Below, piece by piece: positions 57,155 through 64,000 of a stretch of DNA of 64,000 bases. This stretch comes from an uncultured Comamonadaceae bacterium (GTDB lineage Bacteria; Pseudomonadota; Gammaproteobacteria; Burkholderiales; Burkholderiaceae_C): NCBI GenBank assembly GCA_966211955.1, contig CBIHOF010000002.1, positions 91,581 to 155,580 of the forward strand. The letters are read 5' to 3'. Each line of letters begins with the position of its first letter. Within the stretch, counting starts at the first letter, position 1. The notes beneath the pieces are model-generated. The model did not search any database. It was not told the DNA's origin and saw nothing but the letters and a program-made list of their open reading frames with translations. The position numbers were made by a program, and so were the translations under genes.

Positions 57155-59364
57155 GCCGGCCTGCCGGCAACCGCAGACGCACTCGTGCCGGGCTTGCCGC
57201 CTCGCATGCGCCATCGACGCCGCGCGCGAGCGCGCCGCCCATCCACCGCGGCTCGATGGTGCCGGTGCCGTGGGTCGGGTTCTTGGGCAGCCTGGCGGCG
57301 GCATTGACCGGGCGCAGTGCGGCGACGCCGGACGTGTCCGTGCAGCCTCCTCAGGCCTGGGAAGCGGCCGCCTCTGCGCGCCGCCGCGTGTTGCTCGCGC
57401 TCACGCTGCTGAGCGCATCGGGCGCGGCCGCATTGCTCTGGCATGCACAGCCGATCGGCGATGCGCCAGTGCTGCGCATCGCGCAGATCGCCCTCTATGC
57501 CTTGCTGTTCGGTTGGGTGTCGGCCGGCTTCATCACCGCGATGATGGGTTTCGTCGTGCAACTGCGTGGCGACAGGCACAGCCTGCGCGCGGCCGACGTG
57601 CGCCACCAGGCCATCTGCGCTTCGGCGCGCACGGCGGTCATCATGCCGATCTGCAACGAGCAGGTGTCGGCGGTGTTCGCCAACCTGAGCGCGACGCTCG
57701 AATCGCTTGCCTCGACGGGCGCATCGCGGCTCTTCGATCTCTTCATCCTTTCCGACTCCAGCGACCCCGCCGTGCGTGCCGAGGAGCTCGCCGCCTGGGC
57801 GCAGCTGCGCGCCACGCTTGGCGACGGGGCGCGCATCCACTACCGCTGGCGCCAGCGCCGCACCCGGCGCAAGGCCGGCAACGTGGCCGACTTCTGCCGG
57901 CGCTGGGGCCGCGACTATCGCTACATGGTGGTGCTCGATGCCGACAGCGTGATGAGCGGCGATGCCCTCGTGACGCTCGTGCGCCTGATGGAAGCCAACC
58001 CCACCGCCGGCATCGTGCAGACCGCGCCCGCGGCCTGCGGGCTGTCGACGCTGCATGCGCGAGCCCAGCAGTTCGCCGGCCGCGTCACGGGGCGGCTCTT
58101 CACTGCCGGCATGCAGTACTGGCAGCTCGGGGAATCGCACTACTGGGGCCACAACGCCATCATCCGCGTCGAGCCCTTCATGAAGCATTGCGCACTCGCA
58201 CCGCTGCCCGGCAAGGGCGGCCTGAGCGGCGACATCATGTCGCACGATTTCGTCGAGGCGGCACTCATGCGCCGTGCCGGCTACCGCGTGTGGCTCGTGT
58301 CCGACCTCGAAGGCAGCTACGAGCAGCAGCCGCCCAATTTGCTCGAAGAGCTTCGGCGCGACCGCCGCTGGTGCCAGGGCAACCTGCAGAACGCGAGACT
58401 CATCGCCGAGCCGGGCCTGCATGGCGTGCATCGCGCGATGCTTGCGACCGGCGCGATGGCGTACCTGTCGGCGCCGTTGTGGCTGGCCTTCGTGATGCTC
58501 GGTGCGGCGACATGGTTCTCGACGGGCCGCGTTGCGATGGGCCTCGACGGCGCAATGCCGGTGGAGATGGTGGCGCTGTGGTCATGCACCTTCGCGATGC
58601 TCGTGCTGCCGCGCCTGCTGGGCGTCGTTGCGCTGCTGCTGAACGGCCAAGCCAGGACGTATGGCGGCGGCTGGGCCCTGCTGAAGGGTGCCGTGCTCGA
58701 AGGCGTGTTGTCGGCATTGCAGGCGCCGGTGCGCATGGTGGCGCACAGCATCTTCGTGGTGGTGGCGCTCACCGGCATCAAGCTCGATTGGAAATCGCCC
58801 CCGCGCGAAGCGCAGGCCGTGACGTGGAAGGACGCGTCGGTTCCTTTCGCGCCCGTGTTCGTCGCCGTGGCCGCAGCGCTTGCCGCGACGCTCGCCATCG
58901 ACGCGTCGCTCGCGATGTGGCTGTTGCCGGTCGCATTGCCGCTGCTGCTCGCCATCCCGCTCGCCGTGGCCACCAGCAAGCCGGCGCTTGGCGAATTCAT
59001 TCGCGATGATGCGAAGCTCCTGACGATTCCCGAAGAGACGCAGCCGCCTGCCGTGCTGCGCGCCGCCTGGAGCCTCGCGAGCCAGCCATCGCGGCCCACG
59101 CGATTGCCGGAAGTGCTCAGCAACCCCGCGCTGTTCGAGGTGGTGCACCAATCCATGGGCTCGCGCCAGACCGCCCATGGCGATCGTGGCCTCGCCCGGC
59201 TCGGCCTGCTCGATCGCGTGATGGTGGAGCAGGACCTGCACGCCATGACGCCGCGCGAGTGCATGTGGATGCTGAGCGAGCCGCAGCAGATCAGCCGCTT
59301 GCGCGACCGCCTCGCGTCGAACACGGCGGTGAACGCATCAAGCTTCGCGCGAAGCCTGCACTAA
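57127..59364 (+). CDS. opgH: glucans biosynthesis glucosyltransferase H
   Basis: MPICNE, RKAGNVADF, LDADS, HYWGHNAIIR, SHDFVEAALMRRAG, RDRRWCQGN. Confidence 0.95.
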   Translation: MDHADSIRLSRPAGNRRRTRAGLAASHAPSTPRASAPPIHRGSMVPVPWVGFLGSLAAALTGRSAATPDVSVQPPQAWEAAASARRRVLLALTLLSASGAAALLWHAQPIGDAPVLRIAQIALYALLFGWVSAGFITAMMGFVVQLRGDRHSLRAADVRHQAICASARTAVIMPICNEQVSAVFANLSATLESLASTGASRLFDLFILSDSSDPAVRAEELAAWAQLRATLGDGARIHYRWRQRRTRRKAGNVADFCRRWGRDYRYMVVLDADSVMSGDALVTLVRLMEANPTAGIVQTAPAACGLSTLHARAQQFAGRVTGRLFTAGMQYWQLGESHYWGHNAIIRVEPFMKHCALAPLPGKGGLSGDIMSHDFVEAALMRRAGYRVWLVSDLEGSYEQQPPNLLEELRRDRRWCQGNLQNARLIAEPGLHGVHRAMLATGAMAYLSAPLWLAFVMLGAATWFSTGRVAMGLDGAMPVEMVALWSCTFAMLVLPRLLGVVALLLNGQARTYGGGWALLKGAVLEGVLSALQAPVRMVAHSIFVVVALTGIKLDWKSPPREAQAVTWKDASVPFAPVFVAVAAALAATLAIDASLAMWLLPVALPLLLAIPLAVATSKPALGEFIRDDAKLLTIPEETQPPAVLRAAWSLASQPSRPTRLPEVLSNPALFEVVHQSMGSRQTAHGDRGLARLGLLDRVMVEQDLHAMTPRECMWMLSEPQQISRLRDRLASNTAVNASSFARSLH

Positions 59365-59366
59365 GG

Positions 59367-60230
59367 CTAGCGATCGGCAACCGCGACATGCGGTGACTCG
59401 GACGTGAAGTGGCAGGTGCAATCACCCTGCGCCAGCCATCCGACGCGGTGAAGCCCGTTGCGGACGCACACCCATGTCCATCGGGCCAGAACCTGCACAG
59501 TGGGACCGTGAAAACCGCCAAACAGCAGGCTGGGTGACAGGTTGCGGACCTCATGCCACCAGCCGGCGGGGATGTGAAGCACATCGCCCGGGCCGACGTC
59601 GACGCTGAAGAAACCGCTGGCGGTAGTGCCCTGCGTGGACGCGAGCGTGTCGAGTTCCGTATCGGCGAGGACGGCCCAAGCATCGTATTTGGCGGCGACC
59701 CGGCCCAGGCGTTGGACGGTTCCGGGCCGGGCGAAGCGCCAGCGCTTGTGCCCGATGACCTGCACGGCGATGTTGTCGAGGTAGTCGAAGTGCAGACCCG
59801 TGCGTGAGCCGGCGGGACCGATCCAGCTTCGCAAGGACTGCAGGTGCCGACGTGGAATCAGTGGCGCGTAGTGCAGGTCCTGTCGCAGCTGCGGCGCCGC
59901 CGCAAGCAGGTCGAACTCCTTGAGATATGGCGTGTCATCAGGTCGCTGGGCGGCATCGCCCAGCGATTGCAGGTAGCGCCGAAGCGTGGAGCTTATGAGG
60001 CGTGTGGCACCTTGTTCGCGGTTGCCTGACACGAGTTGCAGCGGCTGGTCGGCCACCTTTGCGGCGAGTTGCGCGAAGCTCCACTGGCGCACTGCTGGCC
60101 ACTGCGCTGCGAGAGCCCGGAAGACGACGGGTGTGGAGAGCTGACTCAGCGCGTTGGCGCTCGCAAAGGTCTTCTCGGGAAGCGACGGGAAGGCGACGTC
60201 GGTCACGGTTGTCGCGGCGTTGGATTGCAT
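59367..60230 (-). CDS. JmjC/cupin-8 2OG-Fe(II) oxygenase
   Basis: PVVFR, WPAV..WS, WIGPAGSRTGLHFD (HxD), GHKRW, VGPGDVLHIPAGWWHEV. Start at 60230 or 60311. Confidence 0.85.
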   Translation of the reverse strand: MQSNAATTVTDVAFPSLPEKTFASANALSQLSTPVVFRALAAQWPAVRQWSFAQLAAKVADQPLQLVSGNREQGATRLISSTLRRYLQSLGDAAQRPDDTPYLKEFDLLAAAPQLRQDLHYAPLIPRRHLQSLRSWIGPAGSRTGLHFDYLDNIAVQVIGHKRWRFARPGTVQRLGRVAAKYDAWAVLADTELDTLASTQGTTASGFFSVDVGPGDVLHIPAGWWHEVRNLSPSLLFGGFHGPTVQVLARWTWVCVRNGLHRVGWLAQGDCTCHFTSESPHVAVADR

Positions 60231-60394
60231 CAGGTCGACGGTGCCGGGCGCACGGTGCAAGACAGGAAAGGGTGCGCAGCTTGATGCCGAACCATGACGA
60301 GCCTGTGTCAACCAGGTCCATGGAGGCGGGGAGTCATGGCGCTGTCACCTGAGCTGATTCAAATGCGCGTTGTTCAATCCGCCCCGCAGGTTCC

Positions 60395-61126
60395 GTGCAT
60401 CATTCCCTGATCGACAACGCGCCCTCGACACGCGCGAGAAGCTCGACACTCGCCGCCCGATTGCTGACCACTCGCGATCTTCCTCAGCTCGAGGCGCTCG
60501 AACACGACAAATGGACTGACGAGCAGGCGGCGTCGCGGGCACAGATGGCCGAGCGCCTGGAGACGCATCCCGAGCTTTGCGTCGGTGCGTTTTGCGTGCG
60601 CAGCGGGCAGCTCATGGCGTCTCTCTTCATGAAGCCCACGTCGCCCGATTTCTGGAAGCATGCGAAGACCTGGGAAGACTGCGTCGAGGCGGCCACGCCG
60701 CTGCGAACGTCGTCGCTGTTCGGCATCAGCCTGAGCAGCCGCTCGCCCGCCGGCGTCTCGGCGATCCTGGAATTCTTCTGGCCCCGTGCCCTGATCGACG
60801 GTTGGCGAGACATCTACCTCGGCTCGCCCGTGCCGGGTTGGATGTCGTGGCGTGCTGGCAACCCGCGGCGTGGGATCACCCACTACGTGCGCCAACGCCG
60901 AGCCCCGGGCGTGCCGCTCGACCCGCAACTGCGCTATTACTTTTCGCGCGGCTTCCGGGAAATGATCTGTGTGAAGCGAAATTACTTTCCGCATCACCGC
61001 TCGCAGGATCATGGCGTGATCCTGCGAGGCGTCGTGCCCTTGTCCTCGCTCGCGCCGGTATGGCGTGCGTTGCCACCGGCGCTCACCTGCGGCATCACGC
61101 GACGGCTGGCGTCGGCGTGGCTGTGA
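60395..61126 (+). CDS. GNAT-like protein (YkwB-type N-acyltransferase fold)
   Basis: DLPQLEALE..W, HPELCVGAF, LGSPVPG, DPQLRYY..GF, NYFP..S.DHGVIL. Family call from recalled motif pattern only. Confidence 0.6.
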   Translation: MHHSLIDNAPSTRARSSTLAARLLTTRDLPQLEALEHDKWTDEQAASRAQMAERLETHPELCVGAFCVRSGQLMASLFMKPTSPDFWKHAKTWEDCVEAATPLRTSSLFGISLSSRSPAGVSAILEFFWPRALIDGWRDIYLGSPVPGWMSWRAGNPRRGITHYVRQRRAPGVPLDPQLRYYFSRGFREMICVKRNYFPHHRSQDHGVILRGVVPLSSLAPVWRALPPALTCGITRRLASAWL

Positions 61127-61860
61127 CGCCGTCGATGCCATCCGTTGGCGTTCCGCCCTGGAACGGGAACCTCGTGCGCAGTCGCCTGTTCGATGGCATC
61201 TCGCTCTTGCTTCCGGCGGCGGAGTCGTTCCTGATCGCCACGCTCGAAGAATGGCTGGCGCAGTTCGATCACCAGCTGGATGCGCATGCGCGCGAGGAGG
61301 TCCGGCGCTTCCTGCGCGAGGAGCGGGCTCACCAGAACGTGCATCGCCGATACAACGACGCGCTGGTGGCCCGCATGCCGTCGGCGCGCGAAGTTGCCGA
61401 GCGCGCCAGCCGCGCCGCCGACGATCTCGCAACGCTCGAGCTTCCGACCCGCCTCGCGATGGCGGCCGCGTTCGAACACCTCACGGCCGTTCTGTCCGCC
61501 GAGATACTGCAGCGCGCCTTCCTGCTTTCAGCGCCGGCCTCGACCGAAGGCCGGATGTGGCGCTGGCATGCACGCGAGGAGCTCGGCCACAGCGACGTCG
61601 CGATCGACGCCGTGATGCACATGGGCATCGGGCGCGGCCGACGAAGCCTGGCCTACATGCTGGCCAGCGCCTATCTGCTCTTCGACGTCTTGCGCCTGTG
61701 GATCGCGCTGTGCCGGTGCGACGTCGCCGCGGGTGCGAAGCGTTGGCGGCTCGCGGCGCAGGCGGCGGGCTTCGCGCTCGGTGCGGTGCCGACCGTGCTG
61801 CGTCTGGCGCTTGGCTGGGTGGGCTATCTGATGCCTGGGCGGCGCTCGTTCACGCGCTAG
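61123..61860 (+). CDS. 'metal-dependent hydrolase' family ferritin-like (probable diiron) protein
   Basis: GTGA overlap; SLLLPAAESF, EERAHQNVH, FEHLTA, WHAREELGH give an E..ExxH..E..ExxH pattern. Confidence 0.75.
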   Translation: MTPSMPSVGVPPWNGNLVRSRLFDGISLLLPAAESFLIATLEEWLAQFDHQLDAHAREEVRRFLREERAHQNVHRRYNDALVARMPSAREVAERASRAADDLATLELPTRLAMAAAFEHLTAVLSAEILQRAFLLSAPASTEGRMWRWHAREELGHSDVAIDAVMHMGIGRGRRSLAYMLASAYLLFDVLRLWIALCRCDVAAGAKRWRLAAQAAGFALGAVPTVLRLALGWVGYLMPGRRSFTR

Positions 61861-61927
61861 GGCCTCGGTTCGATGAGCCGGATGGATCTCTCAAGACCTC
61901 GTTGGCGGTAAGCTCGGGCGCGGCTGC

Positions 61928-61958
61928 TTGACCTTCCCATCATGGGAAGCTTCATCAT
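61928..61958 (+). promoter_or_regulatory. CueR-type promoter
   Basis: TTGACC-19 nt-CATCAT containing dyad CTTCCCAT-ATGGGAAG, upstream of the Cu ATPase. Confidence 0.85.
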
Positions 61959-61965
61959 GGCAGCC

Positions 61966-64000
61966 ATGAACCACAGTGCCATGACTGCCGAGATGAAGGC
62001 CGCTGTCGAGCGCAGCAACCGAGCCCACGAGCTGCAATTGCCCGTGACGGGCATGACTTGCGCGTCCTGCGTGCGACGGGTCGAGAAAGCACTGGGCGCA
62101 GTGCCCGGCGTGCGCAACGCGAGCGTCAATCTTGCGACGGAGCAAGCGAGCGTCTCGAGCGACGCGGCGCTCGACGCGTCGGCGCTCGCAGCGGCGGTGC
62201 GCAAGGCCGGCTACGGTGTCACGACGCGCGACTTGCAGTTGCAGATCGAGGGCATGACCTGCGCCTCGTGCGCGACGCGTGTGGAGCGAGCGCTGCTCAA
62301 GGTGCCGGGTGTCATGTCGGCGTCGGTCAATCCGGCCACCGAACGCGCTTCGGTGGAGATGCTTGCGACGGTGTCGGTGGCTGCGCTCGAGGGCGCCGTC
62401 AAGAAGGCCGGGTACACGGCGCACGGCATCGATGCGAAGACACCGGACGCCGCCGCGGCCGCGCTGCCCGACTGGTGGCCTGTGGCACTCGGTGCGGTGC
62501 TTACGCTGCCGCTTGTCATGCCGATGCTGCTCGCACCCTTTGGCGTGCACCGGATGCTCGACGGCATGGCGCAGCTCGTGCTCGCCACGGTGGTCCAGTT
62601 CGTCCTCGGCGCGCGGTTCTATCGCGCCGGGTTCAAGGCGGTGATGGCTCGCACCGGCAACATGGATCTGCTCGTCGCACTGGGCACGTCCGCCGCCTAC
62701 GGGCTCTCCATCTACATGCTGCTGCGCGAGGCCGGCGGCGGCATGCCGCACCTGTACTTCGAGGCCTCGGCGGCAGTCATCACGCTCGTGCTGCTGGGCA
62801 AGTGGCTGGAAGGCCGCGCCAAGCGCCAGACCACCGACGCGATCCGCGCGCTCAATGCATTGCGCCCTTCGACGGCGCGCGTGCGGCGCGACGGCGTCGA
62901 GCGTGACGTCGCGGTCGAGCAGGTGGCCGTCGGCGACGAAGTGGTGGTGCGCCCCGGCGAGCGCATCGCCGTCGATGGCGAGCTGATCGAAGGACGCACG
63001 CACGTGGACGAGTCCCTCATCACCGGTGAGAGCTTGCCGGTGGCCAAGGCGGCAGGCGACAAGGTGACGGGCGGCTCGATCAATGGCGAGGGCGCGGTCA
63101 CCGTGCGCACGGTGGCCATCGGGGCCGAGACGACGCTTGCTCGCATCATCCGCATGGTCGAGTCGGCGCAGGCGGGCAAGGCGCCCATCCAACGCATCGT
63201 CGATCGCGTGAGCGCGGTGTTCGTGCCGGTGGTGCTGGGTGTTGCGCTCATCACGCTGGTCGCCTGGGTGCTGCTGACCGGCGATTGGGAACGAGGGCTC
63301 ATCAATGCGGTGGCGGTGCTGGTCATCGCCTGCCCTTGCGCGCTCGGGCTTGCGACGCCGACGGCCATCATGGCAGGCACAGGGGTGGCGGCGCGGCACG
63401 GCATCCTCATCAAGGACGCGCAGGCGCTTGAACTCGCGCATGCGGTGACGGCCGTGGCCTTCGACAAGACCGGCACGCTGACTGAAGGCCGGCCTTCGTT
63501 GGCCCAACTGCTGCCGGCGGCGGGGCACACGCACGACGATGTGCTGCGCTGGGCGGCCGCGCTGCAGCGTACGAGCGAGCATCCGCTGGGCCGGGCCGTG
63601 ATGAGCGAGGTGGCTTCGCAAGGGCTTGCGGTGCCGACGGCGCAAGACGTTCGCGCCGTCGCAGGCCGCGGCTTGCAAGGCCAGGTCGATGGTGACCAAC
63701 TGCTGCTCGGCAGTGGACGCTGGCGGCGCGAGCTCGAGGTTTCCGCCGGCGCGTTGGAAGCGGATGCACGGCGCCTCGAATCGGAAGGCCGCACCGTGTC
63801 GTGGCTGATGCGGCGCCGCGGCGAGGGCGCTGCTGTTGACCTGCTCGGCCTGTTGGCCTTCGGCGACGTGGTCAAGCCCGCCGCCCGCGATGCCGTGGCG
63901 CGCCTTCACGCACTGGGGGTGGACACCGTCATGCTCACCGGCGACAACCGCGGCAGCGCCGATGCGGTGGCCCGCCAGGTCGGCATCAGCGAGGTGCATG
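61966..64000 (+). CDS. copA: Cu(I)-translocating P1B-type ATPase (partial, runs off right edge)
   Basis: Absent from the ORF track because it has no stop in the window. Two GMTCASC HMA domains, [42 protein letters not shown]. Confidence 0.93.
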   Translation, partial: MNHSAMTAEMKAAVERSNRAHELQLPVTGMTCASCVRRVEKALGAVPGVRNASVNLATEQASVSSDAALDASALAAAVRKAGYGVTTRDLQLQIEGMTCASCATRVERALLKVPGVMSASVNPATERASVEMLATVSVAALEGAVKKAGYTAHGIDAKTPDAAAAALPDWWPVALGAVLTLPLVMPMLLAPFGVHRMLDGMAQLVLATVVQFVLGARFYRAGFKAVMARTGNMDLLVALGTSAAYGLSIYMLLREAGGGMPHLYFEASAAVITLVLLGKWLEGRAKRQTTDAIRALNALRPSTARVRRDGVERDVAVEQVAVGDEVVVRPGERIAVDGELIEGRTHVDESLITGESLPVAKAAGDKVTGGSINGEGAVTVRTVAIGAETTLARIIRMVESAQAGKAPIQRIVDRVSAVFVPVVLGVALITLVAWVLLTGDWERGLINAVAVLVIACPCALGLATPTAIMAGTGVAARHGILIKDAQALELAHAVTAVAFDKTGTLTEGRPSLAQLLPAAGHTHDDVLRWAAALQRTSEHPLGRAVMSEVASQGLAVPTAQDVRAVAGRGLQGQVDGDQLLLGSGRWRRELEVSAGALEADARRLESEGRTVSWLMRRRGEGAAVDLLGLLAFGDVVKPAARDAVARLHALGVDTVMLTGDNRGSADAVARQVGISEVH

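Noticed and set aside
56500-59364. 954-aa OpgH
   Set aside because: The first 209 codons overlap opgG in another frame; start set at 57127.
61891-63999. 702-aa minus-strand ORF
   Set aside because: Antisense to copA, whose plus-strand frame carries all P1B-ATPase motifs.

Overview
High-GC chromosomal segment, probably from a Burkholderiales betaproteobacterium (inferred from gene content and codon style), with about 58 supportable CDSs. No rRNA, tRNA, CRISPR array or transposase was seen. From left to right: (1) a leftward operon of asparaginase-II-like amidohydrolase, FAD/NAD(P)-binding oxidoreductase and ATP-grasp ligase that runs off the left edge, a possible small-molecule pathway. (2) A ~20 kb Wzx/Wzy exopolysaccharide locus in two convergent operons (ExoY-like priming transferase, ExoA, ugd, six GTs in total including ExoA, four AT3 acyltransferases, GH16, EpsF/EpsG), with the same palindromic motif outside both ends. 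(3) A mixed region: MBL hydrolase, HPP, purT, pirin, a DUF1778-GNAT toxin-antitoxin pair, a DUF3494 lipoprotein with OmpA, an AlbA/TipA-like MerR regulator with a SAM methyltransferase, ogt, an RNB nuclease, an MFS pump, a PEP-CTERM protein and galM. (4) Two exported nucleosidase-fold proteins plus a TonB-dependent receptor. (5) glrK-qseG-glrR followed by GlrR-type TGTC-N10-GACA sites, an IHF site and a sigma54 promoter in front of opgG-opgH. (6) A JmjC / GNAT-like / diiron trio and a CueR-type promoter driving copA, which runs off the right edge. All family calls come from motif recognition by eye; no database searches were run. Many start codons were moved downstream of the ORF-track starts using RBSs and stop/start overlaps.
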